DNA of 64,000 nucleotides, taken from an uncultured Coriobacteriaceae bacterium. GTDB lineage: Bacteria > Actinomycetota > Coriobacteriia > Coriobacteriales > Atopobiaceae. Shown piece after piece: positions 20,782 through 29,933 of the stretch (the first letter of the stretch is position 1; every line of letters starts with the position of its first letter). The notes beneath the pieces were generated by a model, which was not told where the DNA came from, made no database searches, and saw only the letters and a program-made list of their open reading frames with translations. The stretch covers positions 829-64,828 of the forward strand of contig CAOJNB010000008.1 in NCBI GenBank assembly GCA_948439405.1, given 5' to 3'. A program made the position numbers and the translations under genes.

Positions 20782-22344
20782 CTACTCGTCCACAGTATCC
20801 ACGCGGACGTCCATGGCGCGCTCGCGCTCCTGGCGAACCTCCTCGAAGCGCTCGGCGAGCAGCGGGCTCTCCTTGGTGAGGCGCTTGATGGAGAGCCGGT
20901 CCGCCTTGTTGTTGGCGGTGTTGAGGTGCTTCTTGGTGAGGCGGAAGGCCTCGCGGATCTTCTCGAGCTGCTTGATGGCCTTGTCGATGCCGTCCATCGC
21001 CTCGTCGAACTTCTTGCCGGCGTGCTCGACGCTCGCGCCGAAGTCCAGCTGGAAGCTCTTGAGGGCGTCCTCGAAGTTCGTGATGTCCACGCGCTCCTCG
21101 CGCGCCTCCGCCAGCTCGCGGCGCAGCTCCATCGAGGAGCGGTTGGCGTCGCGCAGCAGGGTGAGCAGGGGGATGAAGAACTGCGGGCGGATGACGTAGG
21201 TCTTGGGATACAGGTAGCTCACGTCCACGATGCCCTGGTTGTAGAGCTCGCTGTCCGGCTCGAGCGTGGAGACGAGGACGGCGTACTCGCAGCCCTTCTT
21301 CGTGCGGTCGCGGTCGAGCTTGGCGAGGTGGCTCTCGTTGGTGCGCTTCTTGCCGGCGGTGTCCGACTCCGTCTTCATCTCGAACATGACGGAGACGAAC
21401 TCGCGGCCCTCCTCGTCGAAGTCCCGGAAGATGTAGTCGCCCTTGGTGCCGCGGGACTCGTCCTCGTCGGCGACGGCCACGGTGTCCTTCTCGAACAGGG
21501 CGCCGCGGAAGGCAGTCGCGCGCAGGCGGTTGAACTCCGTCTCGCAGTGCTGCTCGAGCGACTCGCCGAGCATCTTGGTGGAGAGCCTCTGGCGGAAGTT
21601 CTGCACGCGCTCGATCTCGGCGTCCTTCATGCGCACGACGTCGGCCAGGGCGCGCTCGTGCTCCTCGGCCTGGACGCGCTTCTCGTCCTCGAGACGCTTG
21701 ATGCGCTCCCGCTCCATGTCGAGCTGGTGGGTGAGCTGGAGGGCCTTGGTGCCGGCCTGCTCGGTGGCCTCCGCGACGGCCGCGTGGACCTTCGCGTCGA
21801 GCTCGCGCTCGCCGGAGGCGAGCTGCTCCCTGAGACGGGCGATCAGCACGTCGCGCTCGCCCACCTCCTTGCTGCGCTCGGCCTCGAGCCTCGCCTCGAG
21901 CTGGGCCTTCTCCTGCGCGAGCTCGCGGGCGTGGTCGCGCTCGCTCTCCTTCGCGGCCTCCTCGAGGCGCCGCGCGCGCTCCCGCTCCATCTCGAGCCTG
22001 TGGGAGAGCTCCGCGGACTCGGCGCGAGCCTGCTCGGTAGCCTCGGTGACGGCGGAGCGCAGCTTGGCCTCGTGGGCCTCCTCGCTCGAGGCCACCTGCT
22101 CCTCGAGCTGGGCGATGCGCACGTCGCGCTCGCCGAGGGCGCGGCTCTGCTCGTCCGTGAGCTTCGCCGTGAGCTCGGCGCGGACCGCGGCGAGCTCCTG
22201 GTCGTGAGCCTCCCTGACGGGGGCGAGGCGCTTCTCGAGCTCGCGCTCGAAGGCCTGGTCGCGAACCTGCTGGACGATGCTGGAGAACTTGGACTCGTCC
22301 TCCTCGAACACGTGGCCGCAGTTGGGGCACTTGATGGTGAGCAT
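20782..22344 (-). CDS. DUF2130-family protein (N-terminal zinc ribbon, long coiled coil, C-terminal nuclease-like domain)
   Basis: MLTIKCPNCGHVFEEDE...; C-terminal GDYIFRDFDEEGREFVSVMFEMK. Start at the internal ATG 22344 with RBS GAGGAAAGG. Confidence 0.8.
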   Translation of the reverse strand: MLTIKCPNCGHVFEEDESKFSSIVQQVRDQAFERELEKRLAPVREAHDQELAAVRAELTAKLTDEQSRALGERDVRIAQLEEQVASSEEAHEAKLRSAVTEATEQARAESAELSHRLEMERERARRLEEAAKESERDHARELAQEKAQLEARLEAERSKEVGERDVLIARLREQLASGERELDAKVHAAVAEATEQAGTKALQLTHQLDMERERIKRLEDEKRVQAEEHERALADVVRMKDAEIERVQNFRQRLSTKMLGESLEQHCETEFNRLRATAFRGALFEKDTVAVADEDESRGTKGDYIFRDFDEEGREFVSVMFEMKTESDTAGKKRTNESHLAKLDRDRTKKGCEYAVLVSTLEPDSELYNQGIVDVSYLYPKTYVIRPQFFIPLLTLLRDANRSSMELRRELAEAREERVDITNFEDALKSFQLDFGASVEHAGKKFDEAMDGIDKAIKQLEKIREAFRLTKKHLNTANNKADRLSIKRLTKESPLLAERFEEVRQERERAMDVRVDTVDE

Positions 22345-22613
22345 GGGACACCTTTCCTCGACGTCCCCACCAGTGTAGGCAAGGGCGCGGACGCGAATGC
22401 GCGCCCCGACCCGCCGCATGAAACGGCCCGCGAGTGTGGGCGGCGAAGGAGAGGAGGGGTCGCCGACCACCTGCGGGCCTCGGGTAAACGGTTCGTCGCG
22501 TCAGCCGGAGTTGTTAGCTCCGTCTAACTGGTTCGAATCATACCCGGGAGCCGGGAAGTACGCAAGGGTTAACTTTTCTCGTTCCGCCGAGCGGACGCGA
22601 GGCTAGCGGGAGG

Positions 22614-23270
22614 CTAGCGCGCCGCCATCGCGAGGAGCGCGGAGCGCGGCATCGTCTGCAGCCACACGTTGCCCGGACCGGTGAGGATCGTGTTCGCGAG
22701 CCCCTCGCCGCCCAGGAACATGTTCTTCGCGCCCTTCACGAGCTCGACGTCGTAGCCCACGCCGTCGACGAAGCCGAGCACGTTGCCGGAGCTCACCACG
22801 AGGCGCTCGCCCGCGGCGAGCGTGCGGCTCACGACGCTGCCGTCGACCTCGAGGAAGGCGATGCCGGAGCCGGAGAGGCGCTGCATGATGAAGCCCTCCC
22901 CGCCCAGCAGGCCGGCGCTGAGCTTCTTGTTCACCGACATCGAGAGCTCGACGCCCGCCTCGCAGGCCAGGAAGGCGCCCTTCTGCACGATGAGGTCGTG
23001 GCCGGGCACGATGCGAATCGGCAGGATCGTGCCGGGGAAGCAGGAGGAGAAGGCGATCGAGCCGGCGCGCGTGGCGGTGAAGACGTTCTGGAACATGCTC
23101 TCGCCGGAGAGCGCCTTGCTGAAGGCCTTGCCCACTCCGCCGGACCTCGTCTCCATGGCGAAGGCGTCGTCCATCCACGACATGCCGCCTCCTTCGGCGA
23201 CGATCTGCTCGCCGGGCTGGAGCGTGCACACGACGGCCGGGAACGGGTCGTACTTGATCTCGTACTGCAT
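22614..23270 (-). CDS. TIGR00266/AIM24 (DUF124) family protein
   Basis: MQYEIKYDPFPAVVCTL..GE...EGGGMSWM... and GEGFIMQRLSGSG.AFLE are family-typical. RBS GGAGAGGGGAG before the ATG at 23270. Confidence 0.8.
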   Translation of the reverse strand: MQYEIKYDPFPAVVCTLQPGEQIVAEGGGMSWMDDAFAMETRSGGVGKAFSKALSGESMFQNVFTATRAGSIAFSSCFPGTILPIRIVPGHDLIVQKGAFLACEAGVELSMSVNKKLSAGLLGGEGFIMQRLSGSGIAFLEVDGSVVSRTLAAGERLVVSSGNVLGFVDGVGYDVELVKGAKNMFLGGEGLANTILTGPGNVWLQTMPRSALLAMAAR

Positions 23271-23478
23271 GGCGGGTCTCCCCTCTCCGGACGGACGGTC
23301 CTCGCATCCATTCAAACCCCCTAGGGCAGCCCCGCGGCGTAAGGTCCGTGCGAGGTTCGGCGTGCGGCAACCGTGGAGGTGCGGCGCGATACGACGGGGC
23401 CGGCTCCGGGTACCTCTCCAGGTGATGTAATAAGGAGAAGGGCATCGAGCCCGAACCCGACACGGTTAGGAGCCGCAC

Positions 23479-24684
23479 ATGCACTGCACCCGCAACGTGA
23501 CCGACGACGTCATCTGGGTCGGCGCGTCCGACCGTCGCCTCGCCCTCTTCGAGAACCTCTTCCCGATCCCGCGCGGCGTCTCCTACAACTCGTACCTGAT
23601 CGCCGACGAGAAGACCTGCTTGCTCGACACCGCGGACTCCGCCGTCATGCGGCAGTTCGTCGAGAACGTCGAGCACGCCCTGGGCGGCCGCGACCTGGAC
23701 TACCTGGTCGTCAACCACATGGAGCCGGACCACTGCGCCGCCATCGAGCAGGTCCTGCTTCGCCACCCGGAGGTCAAGGTCGTCGGCAACAAGAAGACCT
23801 TCCAGATGATCGGCCAGTTCTTCGAGCTCGACCTCGAGGGCCGCAGCGTGGAGGTCGCCGAGGGCGACACCCTCGAGCTCGGGCGCCACACCCTGAGCTT
23901 CCACTTCGCCCCAATGGTCCACTGGCCCGAGGTCATGGTGACCTACGACGCGTGCGACAAGATCCTGTTCTCCGCCGACGCCTTCGGCACCTTCGGCGCG
24001 CTCAACGGCAACCTGTTCGCCGACGAGGTCGACTTCGAGGGCGAGTGGCTTGACGACGCCCGCCGCTACTACGCCAACATCGTCGGCAAGTACGGCCCGC
24101 AGGTGCAGAACGCCCTCAAGAAGCTCTCCGGCCTGGACATCCAGGTGATCTGCCCGCTGCACGGTCCGGTGTGGCGCGAGAGCCTCGCCTGGTTCCTCGG
24201 CAAGTACGACCAGTGGAGCCGCTACGAGCCCGAGGAGCGCGCCGTCGCGATCCTCTACGCCTCCATGTACGGCGACCTGGAGAACGCCGCGGACATCCTC
24301 GCCGCCAAGCTCGCCGAGCGCGGCGTGCGCGAGATCGCGATGTACGACGTCTCGAGCACGGACGTCTCCGACCTGGTCGCCGAGACCTGGCGCTGCAGCC
24401 ACCTGGCGCTCGTCTCCCCCACCTACAACATGGGCGTCTATCCGGCCATGGCGAACTACCTCCACGACCTGGCCGCGCTCAACGCGCAGAACCGCACCGT
24501 GGGCATCATCGGCAGCGGCACCTGGGCGCCGTGCAGCGCCAAGCTCGTGGGCGGCGAGGTCGAGGGCCTCAAGGGCATGGAGGTGCTCGAGCCCGTCGTG
24601 AACGTGCTCAGCTCCGTGAAGGACGAGCAGGTCGCCCAGATCGAGCAGCTGGCCGACGCCATCGCCGCCTCGCTGGAGGCGTAG
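23479..24684 (+). CDS. FprA-family A-type flavoprotein (metallo-beta-lactamase-like diiron domain + flavodoxin domain)
   Basis: RGVSYNSYLI, NHMEPDHCAAI and a C-terminal flavodoxin-like domain (AILYASMYG). 401 aa. Confidence 0.9.
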   Translation: MHCTRNVTDDVIWVGASDRRLALFENLFPIPRGVSYNSYLIADEKTCLLDTADSAVMRQFVENVEHALGGRDLDYLVVNHMEPDHCAAIEQVLLRHPEVKVVGNKKTFQMIGQFFELDLEGRSVEVAEGDTLELGRHTLSFHFAPMVHWPEVMVTYDACDKILFSADAFGTFGALNGNLFADEVDFEGEWLDDARRYYANIVGKYGPQVQNALKKLSGLDIQVICPLHGPVWRESLAWFLGKYDQWSRYEPEERAVAILYASMYGDLENAADILAAKLAERGVREIAMYDVSSTDVSDLVAETWRCSHLALVSPTYNMGVYPAMANYLHDLAALNAQNRTVGIIGSGTWAPCSAKLVGGEVEGLKGMEVLEPVVNVLSSVKDEQVAQIEQLADAIAASLEA

Positions 24685-24717
24685 CCGGCCCGGCTCACGC
24701 AGGACCCGCGAACCCGA

Positions 24718-24750
24718 GGCGCCCCCGGAGGGATTCCCTCCGGGGGCGCC
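24718..24750. terminator. Bidirectional hairpin at the left edge of the low-GC islet
   Basis: GGCGCCCCCGGAGGG-ATT-CCCTCCGGGGGCGCC, a perfect 15-bp stem between fprA (+) and the LRR gene (-). Confidence 0.75.
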
Positions 24751-24778
24751 TCGTTCGCCTTCGCAGAAAGAGCGTTAT

Positions 24779-26707
24779 CTAGAAGCGGGTAACTCTACGA
24801 CGGCAAAGGCAGCCCAGTAAAGCCAAGAGAGCACCTACAAACCCCATTACTGCAAAATGGTTAGGAGAAAAGTCTCCCGTTTGGGGCAGAGAGCTCGCAC
24901 CGCCATGAGATTCTAGGGAAACGCCACCATCTTCAGCACCTTCGCCACCGCCCTGGGCATCAGTTTCCCCATGGGCGCCAGAGGATTGATCTGGATCCCC
25001 TTCGTCACTTCCTGTCCCATGTTGTTCGAGAATCGACCAGTGAATCTCAATCGAGTCTGAGCTGCCGTCATCCCAGAGGTAGCCATCCTTAAGCGAGACA
25101 ACAGCTTCGTACTCACCTGGTTCAACTGCGCGCCAAATTCCGGACAGATCGTAACCGTCATTCTCTGGCACGCCGGTCTTGCAAGTCCCGTCATACAAGA
25201 ACTCACTGCCATCAACAGGCTTCGCAAGGAACTGTGTCCCCTCTGGAGCGATTGACCAATTGATGACCATGGGGTCATTTGATTCGTCTTCCCAGATGAA
25301 GCCATCAATCAGAGTTGCTGTTGCCTGGAACTGTCCTGGCCCCACAGCCTGCCAGACGCCTGACAAGCGATACCCTTCACCTTCCGGCACGCCGACTTGC
25401 GCGGTGTAGCCATCGCTTACAAGCCCAGTGGCCGCCGCTGGTCTCGGCACTCGCTTGTTGAGCGTGTAAGTGTCAGCGACACCGATAGGAACGTCGTAAG
25501 GGGAGAATGCCACATTTGATGAATTCACCCAGTGGCCAGACGCAGAGAATGGAAAGGGGAGGGAATATGCTTCTCCAACGGTAACCCGCTCAATTCCTGG
25601 CGATTCAAAAAGCAGATATGAACCTTCCCCCTCATATTGCGCTGACGACGTATCGAACGAAGACAAATCGAGCACACGGAGCCTAGGGCAAAAGAGGAAC
25701 ATTCCTCCCATTCGCTCAACATTCGAGGTGTCAAATGAAGTAATAACCACTGATGAGAGGTTCGAGCAACCTGAAAACATATTGCCCATATTGGTGACCC
25801 TAGACGTAGAAAAGCTAGATAAATCAAGCTCCCCAACAGACTCGCAGTGGGCAAACATCGAAGCCATGTTCTCGACGTCGTCTGTCTCAAACGAATCAAG
25901 TCCATAAATCGTCTGCAAATTGGTGCAGTCGTAGAACATAGAGCTCATGTCGATTGCACCCCTTGTATTAAACTGGCTGAGATTTAGCTCTTCAAGGGAG
26001 TTGCAGTACATAAACATCGCGGACATGTTGGTTTCTGCCGAATCGGTTGACCGCGACAGTCCTTGAATATCTGAGAGCGAGCTGCACATGCCAAACATAT
26101 TTGCAAAGCTAGTTACCCCAGAGAAGTCAAGTCCGGTTAGATTAACCGATACTAGAGAGCTGCAGCTTTGAAACATATCTCTAGTGCTTGTAACACTGGA
26201 AGTATCGAGTCCTCTGAGGTCAATCTGGGTAAGGGATCTACAGTTGGAGAACATGCTGGTCATGTCCTCTACATTGGAAGTATTCAGACTTCCAAGCCCT
26301 TCAATCTGACAGAGGTTTCCGCAACCGGCTAGCATACCGTTCATGCTCGTCACTTCGGCCGTATTAAGACCGGTAAAGTCAATCGACTCAAGGGTGCCCC
26401 CCCAGCCAATGCTCAAGGAACCACTTGCAATCACCTCTCCTTCAAAATCGAGTCGAGTCACATTAGTGACCGGAAAATAAGAGGAGAAATTAAGTGTCGT
26501 GTTCCTCCTTAATCTGCCTGAAACTCCATCTGTCGGAGAAATCGTAAGCGTTCCTTGATTGTCTACTTCCCAGATGCACGTACCATTTGTCCCGCTCTGC
26601 ACCACTTCGGCACGTGCACTGATGGGCATCGTCAGAATGACGAAAAACAAGAGGAGGACGAGCAGGCGTCTTAGTTGTCCCCATGACATAGAACGTATGC
26701 TGCTCAT
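24779..26707 (-). CDS. LPXTG-anchored surface protein with BspA/DUF285-type leucine-rich repeats and two C-terminal Ig-like repeats
   Basis: Signal peptide LLVLLLFFVILTMPISARA. About a dozen ~25-aa repeats (F..C.SL..I.L..LDTS.VT.M..MF). C-terminal LPQTG plus TM plus RRR. Markedly lower GC. Start at 26707 with RBS AGGGGGA. Confidence 0.85.
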   Translation of the reverse strand: MSSIRSMSWGQLRRLLVLLLFFVILTMPISARAEVVQSGTNGTCIWEVDNQGTLTISPTDGVSGRLRRNTTLNFSSYFPVTNVTRLDFEGEVIASGSLSIGWGGTLESIDFTGLNTAEVTSMNGMLAGCGNLCQIEGLGSLNTSNVEDMTSMFSNCRSLTQIDLRGLDTSSVTSTRDMFQSCSSLVSVNLTGLDFSGVTSFANMFGMCSSLSDIQGLSRSTDSAETNMSAMFMYCNSLEELNLSQFNTRGAIDMSSMFYDCTNLQTIYGLDSFETDDVENMASMFAHCESVGELDLSSFSTSRVTNMGNMFSGCSNLSSVVITSFDTSNVERMGGMFLFCPRLRVLDLSSFDTSSAQYEGEGSYLLFESPGIERVTVGEAYSLPFPFSASGHWVNSSNVAFSPYDVPIGVADTYTLNKRVPRPAAATGLVSDGYTAQVGVPEGEGYRLSGVWQAVGPGQFQATATLIDGFIWEDESNDPMVINWSIAPEGTQFLAKPVDGSEFLYDGTCKTGVPENDGYDLSGIWRAVEPGEYEAVVSLKDGYLWDDGSSDSIEIHWSILEQHGTGSDEGDPDQSSGAHGETDAQGGGEGAEDGGVSLESHGGASSLPQTGDFSPNHFAVMGFVGALLALLGCLCRRRVTRF

Positions 26708-26943
26708 GACTCTGTCCCCCTGCAATTTGCACGAATGGCCTTGAGCAGCAAATGAGTGCAAACGATAGTTGCAAAAGGCGTATCGGTAGTCATCAACTCG
26801 ACGTTAGGGATGTCGAATTCCTTTTCGTGCGTTGGAAGGCGCTCACGATATCGAAATAAAGCATCAAGTGTATTGACCTTCTTCTTTTCAATCCAATCGA
26901 TCGTCTCTAGGATCTCCTCGATTTCCACTGTGTTCTCTCCCAT
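26704..26943 (-). CDS. Hypothetical small protein (79 aa) co-oriented with and overlapping (ATGA) the LRR gene
   Basis: Low-GC ORF with GGAGG 6 nt before the ATG at 26943. Lys/Glu-rich and no recognisable family. Confidence 0.45.
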   Translation of the reverse strand: MGENTVEIEEILETIDWIEKKKVNTLDALFRYRERLPTHEKEFDIPNVELMTTDTPFATIVCTHLLLKAIRANCRGTES

Positions 26944-27019
26944 TACGCCTCCAACCCATTGAGCCAAAGCGCTGACACACTCAACCACTCCCCAACTATC
27001 ACTCCCCCCGAGCCGAATC

Positions 27020-27127
27020 TGTTGAGCAACAAATGCGGCCGTGCCTGCTCTCCACCACGAACGCCTGCCGGACCGTCCGACCTCCCCGACGAGGCACGGC
27101 GACCGGACGCGCTTTGTTGCGCAACAA
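27020..27127. promoter_or_regulatory. Two copies of palindrome TGTTG-N2/3-CAACA in the divergent intergenic region
   Basis: TGTTGAGCAACAA at 27020..27032 and the perfect 14-bp palindrome TTGTTGCGCAACAA at 27114..27127. The second ends 24 nt before the ATG at 27151. Confidence 0.45.
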
Positions 27128-27150
27128 TTCGTGGCCCAACAGGCGATAGG

Positions 27151-28077
27151 ATGTGGTCATTCCGTTTCGCCATCGGGGGTCTCATGGGAAAGCTGACGAA
27201 CGTCACGTCGTGGTGGAGGCGTCTCCGTCGCCGCCTCGCCCTGCCGTCCATGCTCATGGGCCTGGTCGTCTTCTCGTTCACCCTGCTCGGCTTCGGGGCC
27301 GCCGTCTACACCGCGGCGCTTCCGTCGCTCGTCGCGGTGGCGAGCCACGGCGACGGGGCCTTCGCGCAGCTCTCGTCCGCCGTGGGGAGCGTCGCCTCCC
27401 CGGAGGGCCTCGAGGGCGCCGCCGAGGCGATCGCGGGGGAGACGGAGGCGGTCGCGCGCACGGCCAGCCTGTCGCTCGCGGGCATCGGCGACATCGCCGC
27501 GCCCGCGCTCGAGGACGCGACGGATGACGCGGCCGACGATGCGCCCGAGGCCGACACGCCGGAGGAGACCACTCCCCCGGATCCCGCCCCGGACACCCCG
27601 GCGACCCCTCCCGCCGAGGACGAGGAGCCCGACGATCCCGCGCCGGACCCCGGCCCCACCGAGGAGCAACTGGCCTACCGCGAGCAGGTCGTCTCCATGT
27701 ACAACGACCTCCCCGGCTACGTCGAGCGGGTCAACGCCTGCACCCAGGCCTTCAACGACGACTGCCTCGCCGACCTCTCGACCCGCCTCGCGCACCAGCG
27801 CACCTGCGAGGCGCTCGACCAGGAGCTCTTCGGTCGCTGGAGCGACCTGAACATGATGCCCTCCATCCCGAACAACCCGTACTCAAGCGCCAAGGGCGAG
27901 GTCACCGCCATGTACCGCCTGCTCGCCACCTACCTGGGTTGCGTCTACAACGCCTGGACCGTGAACGTCCAGTACGAGGAGCCCTCCGGGCACGTGGAGG
28001 AGTTCATGGCCCCGCTCGCCGGGGCGCAGGAGCACCTCGAGGAGTTCCGCACCCGCTACCAGGGATTCGAGCTGTGA
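27151..28077 (+). CDS. Hypothetical membrane-anchored protein with Pro/Asp/Glu-rich linker and Cys-containing C-terminal domain
   Basis: Arg-rich N-terminus plus TM (LMGLVVFSFTLLGFGAAVY). The stop overlaps the kinase GTG start (GTGA). The start could also be 27184. Confidence 0.6.
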   Translation: MWSFRFAIGGLMGKLTNVTSWWRRLRRRLALPSMLMGLVVFSFTLLGFGAAVYTAALPSLVAVASHGDGAFAQLSSAVGSVASPEGLEGAAEAIAGETEAVARTASLSLAGIGDIAAPALEDATDDAADDAPEADTPEETTPPDPAPDTPATPPAEDEEPDDPAPDPGPTEEQLAYREQVVSMYNDLPGYVERVNACTQAFNDDCLADLSTRLAHQRTCEALDQELFGRWSDLNMMPSIPNNPYSSAKGEVTAMYRLLATYLGCVYNAWTVNVQYEEPSGHVEEFMAPLAGAQEHLEEFRTRYQGFEL

Positions 28078-29933
28078 CCGAGCGGCAGCGTCCCGCGGAC
28101 TCCGGAACCGGCATCGAGGCGCGCGGCGAGGCGCCCGTCTCGTCGCGCGCCCTGCGCGTGGTGCGCCTCGAGGGCTTCGAGGAGGCCGTCGCCCTCTCCG
28201 AGGCGGAGCGCCCCGCCTACCGGCGCCGCTTCGTGACGCTGTTCGCCGACGACGCCTCCGCACGCCGCGGCGGGCTGGGGCGCGTCACCCGCGTCACGAA
28301 CGCGATGGGCGAGACGCTCGCCCTCAAGACCCTCGTCCTCCCGGAGCCCGGCGAGCTCGAGGACGGCGATGGGGACGCTGGGCGCGCGCGGGCGCTCGAG
28401 GCCTCCTTCCGCCGGGAGTACGAGGGGCACCGCGCCGTCTCCGGCCTGAAGGGCGTGCCGCGCCTGTACGGCTTCGGGCGGGTGGACGGGGAGCCCGCGA
28501 TCGTGATGGAGTGGGTCGAGGGGACCACCCTCGCCGAGGCCCGCGACGAGCTCGCCGTCGACGGGTCCGGCCGCGTGGCACCGCTCGTCGCCGCCCGCGT
28601 GGGCGCCGAGCTCTTCGACCTGCTCGACCGCCTCGACGACGCGGGGAGCGGCTTCGTCCACCGCGACGTGTCGCCCGCCAACGTCATGGTTCGCACCTCC
28701 CGCGTCCCGCTCGCGCGCCAGGCCGAGGAGGGCGCCTTCGACCTCTGCCTCGTGGACTTCGGGTCCGCCGCGGCGCTCGACGCGGCGCCCGCGACGCGCA
28801 CCGCGACGACGGGGGCCGCGCGCATGGCGACGCCCGCCTACGCGCCGCCCGAGATGCTCACCTGCGACCTCCCGCACCTCACCGAGCTGCGACGCTCCCC
28901 TGCCGTGGACGTGTTCGCCGCCGCAAGCGTCGTCTTCGAGCTCGCGGGGGGCGCGCCCCCGTTCGACCTCTCCGGCGAGCGCTCGCCGTTCCGCGCGAAG
29001 TCGGACGACGCCCCGGCGCCCCTGCGCACGGCCCACGCCGAGGCCGCAGACCTCCCGCGCGTCCTCATGGGCGAGCCCGAGGTCGCCGTGGCCTGCGCCA
29101 AGGTCGCCCTCGAGCTCGGGCTGGACCCGGACGACCCGCGGCTGCGCGGGGCCCTGGAGCTCGTCGACGAGCAGCTCGGCGAGATGCTCGCCCCCTGCCT
29201 CTCGCCCGACCAGCGCCGCCGCCCCTCGGCCGCCGCCGTGCGCGACGGCCTCGCCACCTTCTGCGAGCTCTACGCGGAGAACGTGGGCCGGGCCCTGCGC
29301 GGCGAGCCGCTGCTCCCCTGCGCGCAGGGGGCCGGCTGGCTCGAGAGCGCCTCCCCCTTCGCCCTGCGGCGGATGGTCCGCACCGCGGGCAGGGCCGCCT
29401 CCCTCGGCGTGCTCGCCGTCGTCGTGGTCGCGACCGGCCTGCTCGTCGACGGCGCTCTCGCCTCGTTCTCGCTCGGCTCGCTCGCCTGGCAGGGCCGCCT
29501 CCCCGGCATCGTCGTCTCGCTCGCGCTCGCCCTCCCCGCCCTCGCGACGGCCCTCTCGCAGCGCGGGCGCCGGGGGACGTGGCGGGGGTTCGCGGCGGGC
29601 ACGGCGGCCGTGGTCTTCGGCGCGCTCGCGCTGCTCGCCGTGACGCTCCTCTGCCTGCGCATGAACTCGCCGGAGCGCCTGAGGGGCCTGCACGCCGCGA
29701 TCCTCGCGGCCGCCGCGGCCGAGTGGTGCCCCGTCGTGCTCGACTACGCGATGGTCGTGGTCCCCGCCCTCGTCGCCGAGGCGCGCCGTCGCCTCGCCGC
29801 GGCCAGGCAGGCTCCCCTCCCCGAGGGCGCGCCCGCCTCCGCTATCCTCGGGGACGTCGAGGGGCCCGCCTCCCTGCCGGAGGGCGGCGAGGGAGAGGCC
29901 CCCGCGGGCGACGAGGAGGATGACCGTGGCTGA
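28074..29933 (+). CDS. Ser/Thr protein kinase (Hanks type) with about four C-terminal transmembrane helices
   Basis: LALKTL (catalytic Lys), FVHRDVSPANVMV, VDFGSA, TPAYAPPE. Hydrophobic C-terminal segments. GTG start at 28074 overlaps the upstream stop. Confidence 0.85.
   Translation: MTERQRPADSGTGIEARGEAPVSSRALRVVRLEGFEEAVALSEAERPAYRRRFVTLFADDASARRGGLGRVTRVTNAMGETLALKTLVLPEPGELEDGDGDAGRARALEASFRREYEGHRAVSGLKGVPRLYGFGRVDGEPAIVMEWVEGTTLAEARDELAVDGSGRVAPLVAARVGAELFDLLDRLDDAGSGFVHRDVSPANVMVRTSRVPLARQAEEGAFDLCLVDFGSAAALDAAPATRTATTGAARMATPAYAPPEMLTCDLPHLTELRRSPAVDVFAAASVVFELAGGAPPFDLSGERSPFRAKSDDAPAPLRTAHAEAADLPRVLMGEPEVAVACAKVALELGLDPDDPRLRGALELVDEQLGEMLAPCLSPDQRRRPSAAAVRDGLATFCELYAENVGRALRGEPLLPCAQGAGWLESASPFALRRMVRTAGRAASLGVLAVVVVATGLLVDGALASFSLGSLAWQGRLPGIVVSLALALPALATALSQRGRRGTWRGFAAGTAAVVFGALALLAVTLLCLRMNSPERLRGLHAAILAAAAAEWCPVVLDYAMVVVPALVAEARRRLAAARQAPLPEGAPASAILGDVEGPASLPEGGEGEAPAGDEEDDRG

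Noticed and set aside
22397-22606. 69-aa ORF in the DUF2130/TIGR00266 intergenic region
   Set aside because: No RBS and an implausible composition. The region is better explained as promoter DNA plus the tRNA-like relic.
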